NCBI GenBank assembly: GCA_951406725.2
Contig: OX597817.1
Span: 55,428,001-55,492,000 of the forward strand
Origin: Octopus vulgaris
Taxonomy: Eukaryota
Direction: 5' to 3'
DNA: 64,000 nucleotides
The position numbers were made by a program, and so were the translations under genes. This document shows positions 27,839-42,130 of this stretch, one piece after another. Below the pieces are notes generated by a model. The model searched no databases, was not told where the DNA came from, and saw only the letters and a list, made by a program, of their open reading frames with translations. Within the stretch, counting starts at the first letter, position 1; every line of letters starts with the position of its first letter.

Positions 27839-28994
27839 TGTAATGGAGTAAATACTATATACATATATTACACAATACACATATATGGGTATGTACGAAT
27901 ATATTTATATAATACATACACTATACAGTCACTCAACCCCTGCACACACATATAATATATATATACATATATACAGACTTATGTGTGCGCGCGCACAAAG
28001 AGATCAGATTTGACTTTCATCCATGAAAAAAAATACCATTCCAAGGCGACGGATTACGGAATTGTAGAAACATCAGGGTGGATACCTTGTGGTTTTTATC
28101 CCAGCTCTTTGAGTTCTGACTTCAAATACCACCTTAGGCTCCATAGCTGGTAGACTTGACCCGTCTCTTGTCTTAACACCGCCACCTTGTTTTTAGATGG
28201 TTTTAAAAACTTACAACAAATTTCAAGCACAGGGGGCAGACAAGTAGTTTGACGACATTCTTCTCCCTTCTCCAGAAGCCCCTAAGTGGTTATAGGTATA
28301 ATCTTCGTTCCTGACTAAAAAATACAAGTACATGCAACATTTTTGCTCTGTTTTCCTCTGCAAAGACTCCATTTTTCTACCATATCAAACATCACAGATT
28401 ATTTATGTTTGAATCATTTTCCTTAAGTAAAGGGTACTGTGGAAATGTCAAGTTTTGGGCAACAGGATCTTTCTGCATGACGACTAGAAGCGTAAACGAG
28501 CCAAGGTAAATTTTTTTATCTCTCCTTGTCTCCTAAAACATAGAGGCAGATTGAAAATGTTTTCAAAACATCACTAGAATGAAGCCCTCTTAAATATGAG
28601 TGAAAACATTGTCGCCTTTCTGTGGTACACAATCGAAGGGACAAAAATACAGCCTAAAGACACAGTGATCAGTCAAATATCGCCAATATATTGGTAACTT
28701 ATGATTACGTTCCATTCATGGCTCACTTCCTGCGCTTGCAACGCTTCATCAATCAAGAAAACTTGGAAGCTTCAGTAAACGGAGTTCCATGTCTCGAAGG
28801 AGAAGCAATGGAAACAACGGGGTATCAAATAAATGGCTTCAGATGGTGCAACACCATGGACTCTATCTTGAATCCTAGGCTGCTTTTGTTGTAACTTGAC
28901 AAATAAAGTAAATAAGCTACTAAAATATTCATTTCTACTCTAGGCACAAGGCCCATTAAATTTAAGGTGGGGAGGGGACTGGACTAGGCTGTCC

Positions 28995-29396
28995 AGTCCT
29001 GCCTCAGTTTTTGTGAGTAGTTTCATGCCGTCCATGAATAGCATGTTGTTTAATTTTCACATACCTCTTCTCAGATCATATCCCAACTTTATTTTCTGTA
29101 GTATTTCACTACAAGGCCTTGCTTTTTGCTTTTTGAGGCAAAAAATTAACTTAACTTAACACAAGGGGATCATTGTCGGCACGAATAACAGTGGGGCACA
29201 CAGTCCTCCAGAAAGATTCCTCTCTTGATTTTCGCCTCTCCTAGTACTTGTTTCCCTGCTGTCATTTCCATTCTCCAGCATTTCATGCAATTCCGTATAA
29301 CGCTTCTCATATTCTCTGCTACTCCACGCATTTCGATTGTCGTTATTATCCAGGGGCGTGGTATATCCTATCGTACGCTTTGCGAGAATCAACCCA
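28995..29396 (-). mobile_element. R4/Dong-like RT fragment abutting an (AAT)n tract
   Basis: Minus: VDSRKAYDRIYH..WI, KIKRGIFLED...PLLFVPTMIPL and FMDGMKL. The 5'-truncated end starts directly after (AAT)n at 29397. Confidence 0.8.
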
Positions 29397-29880
<484 letters not shown>

Positions 29881-32451
29881 GGCAAGGAATAAATAAATAA
29901 ATAAAAGACTTGGAACTGCAAAAGGAGAGAAAAAGGGTAAAATTATACAAGAAAGGAAAAGTGTTAGAGCGAAAACAAACTTTATATTAATGATATATGC
30001 GAATAAAATATGGAGAAAAGGGAAGGGAGAAAAGAAAACGTAAAAAGAGAAAAAGATCAGTATATAATATATATATATGTAATATGCTGTTTTAAGGAAA
30101 CTTATACAAACGTATAATATACACCCATATATATATATAGAATTGAACGGTAATAAAGAAAGCCGAGAATGTATAAGAAATACTGGAAACGTTGAAGAAT
30201 GACTTTGCAAACTACTGATGTAAGAAAAAATCGTATGAAAACGATAATTTGAAATCTTTAAATCTAAACATATGTAATTAAATCTACCTAATTATGGCTG
30301 TGTACATGTTAACGTGTACATGGTCGATGAATTGAAGAATAGGAGGATCACTATTGAATTTTATGAAATAATTAACAATATAATTAAATGACGGTATGGT
30401 GCCTTGTAAAATTTCAGCAGAAATCATGTTTGTTCGTTTAATTTTATTTATGTTTTTTTTTTTTTTTTGCAAAATGAAATGAATCCATTGTTCCTACTGA
30501 GAATATTTTCATTAAGGAAGAAAATAGCTTTGCTTTCCGAGACGCATAAATCACTAAGATTATTATTTTGTTTATAAACGCTTTCATTTTCGCAATTTCC
30601 CATTGAATGTTGAATGCTTTATGGCATTTTTTAAGTATCCAGAAATATCTCGATAAAGACGTGTCTGCTGTCTGGCAAGAGTTTTATAACTATTCACATA
30701 TTCGTGGTGCCTTAATCTCAACAGGTTCACTATTGGGCTGACATACGTTGTTTCAAAATTGGGTAACTCAATGGTGGCTCACTTGTATGAAAAATATCAA
30801 AACTTTTCACATATTTATCATTTAAATTTCGTTTTGGATTTGGTTTGCAAAAGGTTGCAAGATGCAACGAAAATTTTAGGAAAATAAAATAAGAAATAAG
30901 TGGAAATTTTACCGGTGAGTGTGTTACATTATAAGACACAAAAAGAGAATGACCCTCCCCAGACACAACAAAATATCATTTAAACGTTATGTTTAATATC
31001 GAAGACAGCTATAAAATTGCATACGATTAGTGTACGATTACTGAAGCTTCTACGGGTTTTCGTTGGAAAAGGTTACTGCGAAATTGGCAGTGGAATATTA
31101 ACAGATATTTGCAGCGAGTGTAAAATATTCTACTATTTTTGTGATATTTTGAGAAGTGTTTATTGAAAAATGCTGTAAGAAATTTCCGCAAGATTATAAG
31201 CGGCAATGTACTATTTCACGATAGGCTTTCTTTCTTCCATCTGAAATTACCAGAATTATTTCTAACGCATTTTAATCTTATCCTGAAAATCTCTTCGGAA
31301 TAAAGATTCTTTCTGGGAACTACTAAAATATCGATTAGGTCTTTAAGGTATGCGATTATTATGATGGCATCTCATCAAAGATGATGACAGCGTCGATTTA
31401 AGATCTTCATCCTCCTCCACCTCATGCACCTTGTTTTTCATGGGAGCGAACGTGTCTCACAACTTGATACGAAATAAACAGATCCCATTGCGCCGAGGGT
31501 ACTGAAAATAGCTCCGAACAACAGCTGTATGGGGTTGATAACAATGTCGCCTCCTCTCTTCATGCAATCCCTTGAATTCGGTTTTAAAACGCTCTACTCA
31601 ACATCACACACGGATTTCCAAGCCTTCCGATTAACAGCCAAGAGCCCCGACCGATTGCGAAAGATGCCGCATAAAATTAGAGACTACTTCAGATGATAAT
31701 GAAACCAAATTTTCGGACATCTATGAAGCCTACTTCCAGTCCAGTCTCGATTTCACTCAAGGGGACCAACTTTGGGAGTCAGTTAGCTGTCATCTGAATC
31801 TCATGGCCATCTCAGTAGAGTCGAATATACTCTTTTACTCTTTTACTTGTTTCAGTCATTTGACTGTGGCCATGCTGGAATATCGCCTTTTAGTTGAGCA
31901 AATCGACCCCAGGACTTATTCTAAAGAAAGCCTGAAGATGTTTCCAATCCTTTTCGATATATTGTAAGGATTGATTGGAATTAGGCAAGAAATATGATGT
32001 GTTTATAAATGTTTTAGATAATGTCAAGAAATTAGTTGCTTAAGGTACGGATAAGGGTCACCTTCAGTCACGAATGACTATGGGTCTGCACTAGAGGTTC
32101 TCCTACGAGGTGCAAGTCCAGGCGAGGTTGTGGATGGAATAGGATGGATGGATTATAGAAGTATGGGGACGGGACTCGAGGCCACTCTATTTATTGTGAT
32201 TTGGGCCCTATTTTGGCCTGATCAAACTGATGCATGACAAAGCATGCTCTATCCGTAATTATGATGTTTACGCATAAGAACCGCATACAAAAATACCGAT
32301 CTGGATTTCTATTATAGGATATGCTCACCGATTCATAGATTTCTGTTTAAATTTCATGTTCTGGAAGTGCTCATAAAATTAACAGGCGTATAAAGAAAAA
32401 AATATTTCCTGGTACGTCCAAATAAGAGGCGTGCACACGCATATAATGTTA

Positions 32452-32840
32452 TCTATATATATATAAAGCTGAAGTTGTCTGTGTGTGGCAGGTTTGGTAG
32501 CCTTCAACAAACACTATCACCTCAGAGATCCTGTGGTGCAAGTTGACCAAAATTGAGAGTATGATAGAAGAAGGCTTGCTCTTCCCTTCCGTAGAAGAAA
32601 AAATTCAAATCGGACCATGTTAACACCAAAAATTATTTACATCAAAAAGGTGCTTTTTTTCCAATGAAAATCCCTATTTTTTACGATTTTTTGATGCTGT
32701 GTCGCCATTTTTCGGTGTATTTCAACCAGGAAAATGTTCACTTAAAGAGAATAAGCTAAATAATGCAAAATATTTACTTTTCAAAAATTCCAATCCTAAA
32801 GGTCGAAACAAGCCCGAGCAACGCCGGGCGATACTGCTAG
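32452..32840 (+). mobile_element. Non-autonomous Helitron, copy 2
   Basis: A|TCTATATATATATAAAGCTG ... cccgagcaacgccggg cgatactg CTAG|T. Confidence 0.85.
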
Positions 32841-33391
32841 TGTATCTATAAAATATATGTTGCAAGAGAAGTAACTCAAAGTGGCCGTTGGCATTTATCT
32901 GAATAAAAAGAATTCAAGGGAAAAATACTGGCACAAAATACTTTACGAAATAAATTTCTTGATTTTTAAAAATTCTCTGCTTCAAAACGATGTCTAATAC
33001 CTATGAAATGGTAATTATGTACATCTCGAATTAAGAAGAAGAGAATACCTCAAGTGTTCTCCACAGCTGACATGCCATAATGGAAGAAGACAGGCACATA
33101 GTCTGGAGGAAAGATAACAGTTGTAGACGTGTTTTTAGAGAATAGGATAGTAAACAGTTAGGGCTTGAGTAATTAGAAGACTCGTATGAATCTGAATAAC
33201 CTGGGCAACTACCTGTATGTCAATTACCGTACAACGGAAATTCTTCATTTATTAAAATTATCGCCATCACTAGAAGCTGTATGAAAAGTATCAGATGACA
33301 ATTAAGACCAGATTCACAAGTTATATGATTTGGGAATTCGCCAAAACTCGTAAAACATTAGATAAAAGTAGTGACTCGCGCAGATAGACAC

Positions 33392-33461
<70 letters not shown>

Positions 33462-33557
33462 CTCTGCTTGTCTGTCGGTCTGTGTACACACCCCCACACA
33501 TACAGAAACAATCACGCACACACACACACACACACATATGTATAAATATATATATAT

Positions 33558-33770
33558 ATAAATGTAAAAAAGTCAAGGTAGAAAATGCTAAAATAATTTT
33601 ATATAAAACATTTCAGTACCGGTTTCGGCCAATGAGACTTTTTCAACTGTAATTAAATTTTGAAAAAATTAAATGAAAAGTATTTTAAAAGAACATTTGC
33701 ATAGTATTCAAATACAAGTGGTATTTTCCTTGTTTCTGCCTGTTTCTCTCTCTCTCTCTCTTGTTTACTC
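33558..33770 (-). mobile_element. Solo Penelope terminal repeat with degenerate hammerhead
   Basis: Reverse complement of 41900-42130; ttgaaaaagtctcattggccGAAACCGGTA; flanked by (TA)n. Confidence 0.7.
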
Positions 33771-33771
33771 T

Positions 33772-33825
<54 letters not shown>

Positions 33826-34272
33826 AGAATGTGTAAGAATAGATAGATCCATACATGCATACATTCTTAAAGAGACAGGCTGACCGGCAGAGTGACAAAG
33901 AGAGAAAGAGAGATCTGCCTGTTTCTACAGATATGACCGTTCACATATATATGCTTGTGTGCAAATTCACAAGCACGTTCATAACTACTTTTATAGCATT
34001 CAATATCCAGTGCAGTATTTTCTAAATGGTTTTTGTTCTGTATTTTACACAGGTTTTTCAAACTTATTTTTCTAATATCACCATGTCTCAACGGTGTGTA
34101 CTCGATCATAGATATAATAGGTGCAGCGAGAGTAGTTCCATTTGCACTTTACGAATATACATTTTCTATTAATCAATCTACCTACCTACATACCTACATA
34201 TCTATCTGTCTGTCTAAACATCTATCTGTCTATCTATCTATTTATCTATCTGCCTGTCTTTCTGTCTCTCTT

Positions 34273-34391
<119 letters not shown>

Positions 34392-34659
34392 ATATATATA
34401 TATATGTACATATATATATATATCTGTCTTTCTGTCTTTCTGTCTATCTCTCGCTTTCTCTCACCCTCTCCCTCCCTCTCTCTCCCTATCTATATATCTC
34501 TCTCTCTATCTACCTGCCTATCTATCTATCCACCTATCTATCTAAGTATACGTCTACCAATTTGCTTGTGTTTCTTCTTCTCTCTTTCCCACTCACGCCA
34601 TATATATCCGTTCGCACACAAGTTTGTGTGTCTCTATGCATATCTTGATATCTGGATAG

Positions 34660-34798
<139 letters not shown>

Positions 34799-34799
34799 G

Positions 34800-34835
<36 letters not shown>

Positions 34836-34995
34836 TAATCTATAGAAACATCTCACTATATGTTTGTGTGTATGGGTGTGTGCATACGTGCTTAAACATG
34901 CATTCATATACATATATGTATGTGTGCGTATTTGCAAATATATATATATATATATTGTGCATGCGTTTGTATGCGAGTGCATGTGTCTGTGTGAA

Positions 34996-35046
<51 letters not shown>

Positions 35047-35791
35047 ATAAACAGAGAGTGTGAGAGATCGTACGTGTACGCAGGGGTGCATGGATGGAGG
35101 GGAATTTTGCATGGCAAACGCAAGTGTTAAGAAAGTAAACCAAGGAGCGAGACAAAGGGAATGGCATTCCAAGAAAGTGTGAGGTGGAAAGAGTGAGGTG
35201 GTAGGAGTGCGAGTATTTGAGAATTGTTAGAGTAGGATGGAGATAGCGGTGGAGGAGTTGGAGGAGCAGGAGGAGGAGGAGGACATGAGGGAGGTGGAAG
35301 AGAAGGGAATGGAAATGGAGGTATGAATTTACAACAGATAATTATAATGGATACACATTAACATATTTCTAGAAACAAGTATGTTTGTAGGTAGCCATGT
35401 GCGCTGGAGTGGAGGGTGGGGGGCGTGAATTAATATCCTAGGCATATGTTGTATATATATATATATGTGGATATAGACTGAAATATACATACATACATAT
35501 ATGTATATATATATGTATATGTCTATATAAATGTATATATGTATATAAATATATATATATATACATATATATATATAATATGTATATATACATATATAAA
35601 GATCATATATAAAATATGTATAGATATATTTATATATGCATATATATATGTATGCATATATATATATACTTAAGCACTTAAGTATACATATGAATAATGT
35701 GTATATATGTGTATATATAAATTCCTGTTTCTGTTAATATTATATATGTATGTGTATTTATATAGGTTAATATATATATATACATATGCAC

Positions 35792-35830
<39 letters not shown>

Positions 35831-35976
35831 TATATATGTGTATCAATATATATATATATATATATGCACACACATACTTATATGTAATCTATATATATGC
35901 TTATATATACATATGTATATATAGTATATATGAACGTATATATAAATTATATGTATATGCAGACACATATATGCAC

Positions 35977-36094
<118 letters not shown>

Positions 36095-36339
36095 GTACAT
36101 ATTCCTTGTGTGTGTATGTGCTTATGGGCATATCTGTGTGTATGTTTGTGTGTGTGTGCATGCGTGCACGTGTTTCTATGTATCGTAATGTAAAATGACT
36201 ATTAATGAGGTTTAAATTGCACTTGGAAATATCTAAAAACTAGTTATGATATAGAACGTAAGGGAAGTGGTGGCGGTGGCGGAGTTGGGGGGGGAGAGGT
36301 GGCGTGTTGATAAAAGAGATGACGTGAAGTGGAATAGCG

Positions 36340-37195
36340 ATGTTGCTTGTTGTTGCTGCTGTTGTTGTTGTTGTGGTCGTCATCGTCGTCGTCGTTGTTG
36401 TTGTTGTTGACGTTGATGTTGATGTTTTTGTACGCCGCACTCTTGATGCCCATGGTTGGCGATGGTGGTGCTGATGGCGCTGGCGGTGGCGATGTCGTTG
36501 GGGCGGTTGTGGTTGTGGCGTTGGTGGTGGTGGCGATGTCGTTAAGGGCGGTTGTGGTGGTGGTGGTGGTGATGGCATTGGGGTGGTTGTGGTTGTGGCG
36601 TTGGGGGTAGAGAATGCACCGGGTGGTGTGCGATGGCGTTGAGGGTGGGTGTCGGTTGTGGTGTTGGTGGTGGTGGTGGTAGTGTTGGTGGTGACGACGG
36701 TCGTGGTTGTAGTGGTGGTGGTAGTGGTAGTCGTGGTAGTCGTTGTGGAGATAGTGTTGGTGATTTTGGCGATTTTAATATTTTTCTTACTTAGATTCCT
36801 ATTGTTGTTATTGTTGTTCGTGATGCTGTCGTTACCGTTGTTCTTGTTGTTGGTACTCTGCTTGCTATGCTGGAGCTGTTGTTGTTGCTGTTAATGATAT
36901 TCGCCGTTATACTGACGATGCTGATGATGATGCTGCTAATGTTGGTCTCTTAGCTACTCCTCATAATGGAGGTAATGCATTTCTGTGCATTGTGCCTCGT
37001 CGGTGGCACAGTGTGCAATGGCGTTGCGCCTGTTTCTATTGTCGATGTTTTGGTTCACGTTGCTGTCGGTGTTGTGGATGATGATGATGATGGTAATGAT
37101 GATGATGGTGATGATGATGGTGACGGTGGTGTGGTGGTGGTCTTGGTGGTGGTGGTGGTGGTGGTGGTAGAAAAGAGGCAGCAGCAGCAGTAGTA

Positions 37196-37274
<79 letters not shown>

Positions 37275-37281
37275 CAACAGC

Positions 37282-37326
<45 letters not shown>

Positions 37327-38410
37327 TGCAGCAGCAGCAGTAGAAGAAGGAGAAGAAAAAGAAAAGATGATAATAATGACGACGACGATGACGACGACGA
37401 TGATGGTGATGATGATGACGATGATGATGACGATGATGATGATGACGATGATGATGATGATGATGATGAAGAGGAGGCCGAGGAGGAGAATAGCGGTTGT
37501 GGTGGTGGTTGAGGTGGTGGCGGTGGTGACGATGCTGATGATGAAGTTGAAGAACAAGAAAAAGAGAACGAAGAAGAAGAAGAAGAAGAAGATGATGATG
37601 ATGATGATGATGATTTTCAATACGTTGATGATGATAATGATGATGATGATTTTCATGATGGTGATGGTGATGATTATGATAATGATGATGATGGTGCTCG
37701 TCATGATGATTTTCGTGATGATGGTGATGATGATCATGATCATCAGCATCATCACCATCATGATTGCGATAATGACGACGTTGAAGCAACAACAGCGATG
37801 ATGAGTTCGATGGAAGTCATTTTTAGTATGATTGATTGTGGGCGAGATAGTATTTTATGCACGCATTGCTGTTGTTCTTTTTTGTATTTTGCTGCTGCTT
37901 TTGTCGTACTCGTTGCCGTTGTTGTTGTTGTTGTTGTTGTTGTTGTTCTTGCTTGTGTGTGATTGTGTATGTGCGTATGTTTCCATATATACGCAGATAG
38001 GTCTGTGTATGTTTTGTCGTTGGATGTCTTTATGAATGCAGAATAGGTTGTAATGCAAGTGTAAGCTGAAGACGTTGTTCTAGTTCTTGATGTTGTTGTC
38101 AACGTGGTCGTCGTCGTTGTAGCCGGTGTTATTGTTGCAGCTGCTGCTGCTGCTGCTGCTGCTGGAGGTGTAGGTGGTGGCGTCGGTGGCGTAGCCGGTT
38201 GTTGTGGCAATGTTGATGATTGTGGGACAGGCAATGCGATACGTTATTTTTTTGTATTTTTATGTCATTGTTTATAATTTTCGTGTTAGCATTGTAGATA
38301 ACGTTGTTGATGTTATTGTTGTTTGTGGTGGTGGTGGTGCTGGTGATGGGGCTGGTGGTAGTGCGGGACGAGTAATAAGTGCTGCTGTTGCTGCCGTAGT
38401 TGATGTATAA
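36340..38410. repeat. 2-kb mosaic of trinucleotide repeats (GTT/GTG/GTA/GAT/GAA/GCT)
   Basis: Direct reading; source of the spurious homopolymeric ORFs. Confidence 0.9.
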
Positions 38411-38543
38411 GGTGTGTGTTTTACCTTTGAAGGTGGCGAGCGCGGCGACAGAAACGAACCGTGCAGCAGCGACGGACAAGAAATGCGAAGAAATGACGTG
38501 TCTGTGTGCATGCGTATAACTATACCTATACACACACACCCAC

Positions 38544-38618
<75 letters not shown>

Positions 38619-38850
38619 CATGCACACACACACATATATATACATAAATACATACACACGCACACATATATATATACATATATAGATACACCACATATAT
38701 ACGTATATGCATGTGCATGCATAAACACATGTGTGTATGTGTGTGTATGTATATATATATATATACATGAACACACATATATATAAATACATACATCCAC
38801 ACACATATATATATACATACATCCACATATATATACATACATAAATAAAT

Positions 38851-38905
<55 letters not shown>

Positions 38906-39748
38906 AATACTCACACATATGTATGTACATACATATATATACATATATATAGATACACCACATATATACGTATATGCATGTGCATGTATAAACACATATG
39001 TGTATGTGTGTGTGTATATGTGTGTGTATGTGTATGTGTGTGTGTGTGTGTGTATGTGCGTGTTAGAGTGTGAGATGAATAAAAAGAAAGCCAGCTTGGA
39101 AAGATTTCCTGAAACACCAACAACAAAACAACGAAGATGGAATCGAGATAACATTTCTGACATTCTCTTTGAGACTCTTGTTTTTGAAGATTTTTATCTC
39201 TTTTGTTTCAATGTCTTTATGTGAAGGCGTTCCTCTGCGGATGTACATGTATGAAAGCTTGATATATGTGCATCTTGCTGTATGTATGCATGTGTGTAGG
39301 TACATGTGTATGTATGTGCATATGCGCGCACGCTTTCTGTGTTTAGGTTGAATGTGTCTCTACGCGAATATATGATTCTATGAATATATATATCTATGCA
39401 TTTTTATGCGTGTGTGTTTGTATATATGTATGTTTGTGTGTGGATACGTGTGTGTACGGAGGTATATATTTATATGTATATACATATATGATTAGGTATA
39501 TATAAATAATTAGCTATACGTTGATGTGTACATCTATGCTTATACATACATATACATGTATATATATATATATACACACACACACAGAGAAACACAACGT
39601 ACACATACATAAATGCATATGTAAGTACGTATGTATATAAACACATAAATACATAAGTGTGTGCGCATGTGTGCGTCTGTGTTTGAGTGTATGTGTGTTT
39701 GTGTGTGTGTGTGTATATATGTAATCTATCTATACTTCTGTATGTAAA

Positions 39749-39828
<80 letters not shown>

Positions 39829-40031
39829 TCCTTTATACATCTATGTATATACAAGCATACATCGGCAAGTTTATATATGTCGCAGTACTAGGTCTGTTCT
39901 CATACCATCTCCCTCGTCAACGCATTCTCCTCCTTCTAACCCTCCCCTTCCTCCTCTTCTCCCTCCCGTGTAATGCTTTAGCTTCTCTCAAATATTCCCT
40001 CCAGTCTTCACACCTTGCAATCTACTACATA

Positions 40032-40067
<36 letters not shown>

Positions 40068-40317
40068 TATTCGCTCTTTTGCTCTTTCTCTCTCTCGCTC
40101 ATTTGTTCACACTCTCTCATCCATACACATTCCCCCTCTCGTCTCAATATATATCCATTTACTCTCCCACTACTACTTTACCTTTCCTCTGCCTGTCTCT
40201 TTCTAAATTTTAAATTTGTTTCTTAAAATCTTTTTAATTTCTTCTTTCTTTCGTCATTCCTTACTCTTTAATGCTTATTCACCTCGAATTAGTCCACTCC
40301 TTAAAATTACCCCAGTG

Positions 40318-40566
40318 TGTCTTCTTCTTCTTCTTCTTCTTCTTCTTCTTCTTCTTCTTCTTCTTCTTCTTCTTCTTCTTCTTCTTCTTCTTCTTCTTTC
40401 ATTCTTCTTCTTCTTCATTCTTCTTCTTCTTCATTCTTCTTCTTCTTATCTTCTTCCTTCTTCTCCTCCTTTCTTCTTCATTCTTCTTCTTCTTCTTCTT
40501 CTTCTTCTTCTTCTATTACTACGATATCATTGCCATCTCCGCTAACATCACAATCTTCATCATCAC

Positions 40567-40642
<76 letters not shown>

Positions 40643-40645
40643 TTT
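40318..40645. repeat. (CTT)n followed by (CAT)n microsatellite
   Basis: Direct reading. Confidence 0.95.
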
Positions 40646-40957
40646 CTTATTTATTCATTTCCTTTGCTTCCTTCATCCTATCTTCTTTCCCCCCGTTACT
40701 CTGTCTCTCTCTCTCTCTCTCTCCGCTTCTCCTTGTCCATCTCCGCATCCGCATGTTTTCTTTACTTCTCTTCATATACTTGCAGATATACATATTTTAA
40801 TAGAGACACCATTAGATTTTAATGTATTTACATACCTACACACATATACATGTTTATGTGTATATGTATGTAGATATTTATGTATACATACATAGATAGA
40901 TACATATATATATACACGTACATACATATATATATACATAGATACATATATACACAC

Positions 40958-40994
<37 letters not shown>

Positions 40995-41110
40995 ATAATA
41001 AAATAAATAAATAAAATATATGCATATATACATACATATATGTACATACTTACATCTACATGTATATATACATGCATATATATATATATATATATATATC
41101 TGTGTGTGTG

Positions 41111-41149
<39 letters not shown>

Positions 41150-41152
<3 letters not shown>

Positions 41153-42130
41153 TCTTTCAAACACGGTCAAACAAGTTTCATAGTGAAAAGCACCTTAACA
41201 TTTGCTTCGGAGAAACTGATATATGCATTAATCTGCTCTGAGTGTCGAGAGCAATACATAGGCCAAATCAAAACCAGTCTACCTCAAAGGATGGCTCTGC
41301 ACAGATCACAGATCAAAATTCCGAAAAAATAGTATTCATCGACATTTGCGCCAATAACAAAGAAACCAGTTTCAGAAATTTTCCTCTCTATCAAATCAGG
41401 AACGATACAACCTGTAGTCGGCGCATTAGTAAAGAGTCATTCTTTATCACAAAATATAAACCCTTTTGAATGCATCTATCACAAATGACACAATCACAAG
41501 TGTCTTAGAATAACACCCACGCTAATATGGAAAACGGTACAGTCAAAACAGTCACTTCACATGAATATATTCAGAACAATTTCAGTCACTACTATTCCAA
41601 CCACAACGGGTCACTTTTAGGTCAATTGAACATATAATAGGATTCCACCAACATCTTGCTGCCGTCATACCACTCACGCATTTTCTTCTTCTTCTTCTTC
41701 TTCTTCTTCTTCTTCTTCTTCTTCTTCTTCTTCTTCTTCTTCTTCTTCTTCTTCTTCTTCTTCTTCTTCTTCTTCTTCTTCTTCTTCTTCGCCGCCACCA
41801 CCACCGCCTCCATTCTCTACCACTGCCACTGTTTAAACAATCGAAGTCAAGAATTCATATCTAACTAGCTACTACTAACTACCTAGAACCCACAAGAGTA
41901 AAAACTGAGAGACAGAGACAGAGAGAAAGAAGGAAATTGTCCCTTGCATTTGAAAATTATGGAAGTAATTTTAGAAAACATTTCATATAATTTTTCCACA
42001 ATGTAATTTCTTTTCCATGCTTTACTCTAAGTTGAAAAAGTCTCAAAGGCTGAAACCGGAATTAAAATTTTCTTCATGATAAAATTATTTTAGCATTTTC
42101 TACCTTGTCTTATTTTCCTTATTTATATAA
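41150..42130 (+). mobile_element. Penelope-like element 3' part: GIY-YIG endonuclease remnant plus terminal repeat, interrupted by (TTC)n
   Basis: LTFASEKLIYALICSECREQYIGQIKTSLPQRMALHRSQI...RRISKESFFITKYKP. Terminal repeat ~41900-42130 contains ttgaaaaagtctcaaaggctGAAACCGG. Confidence 0.85.

Noticed and set aside
31250-31820. Possible decayed LINE endonuclease region
   Set aside because: Only vague similarity, with no clear motif.
38680-39020. ~267-bp-period duplication (agatacaccacatatatacg...)
   Set aside because: Real, but an ordinary slippage duplication within low-complexity DNA.
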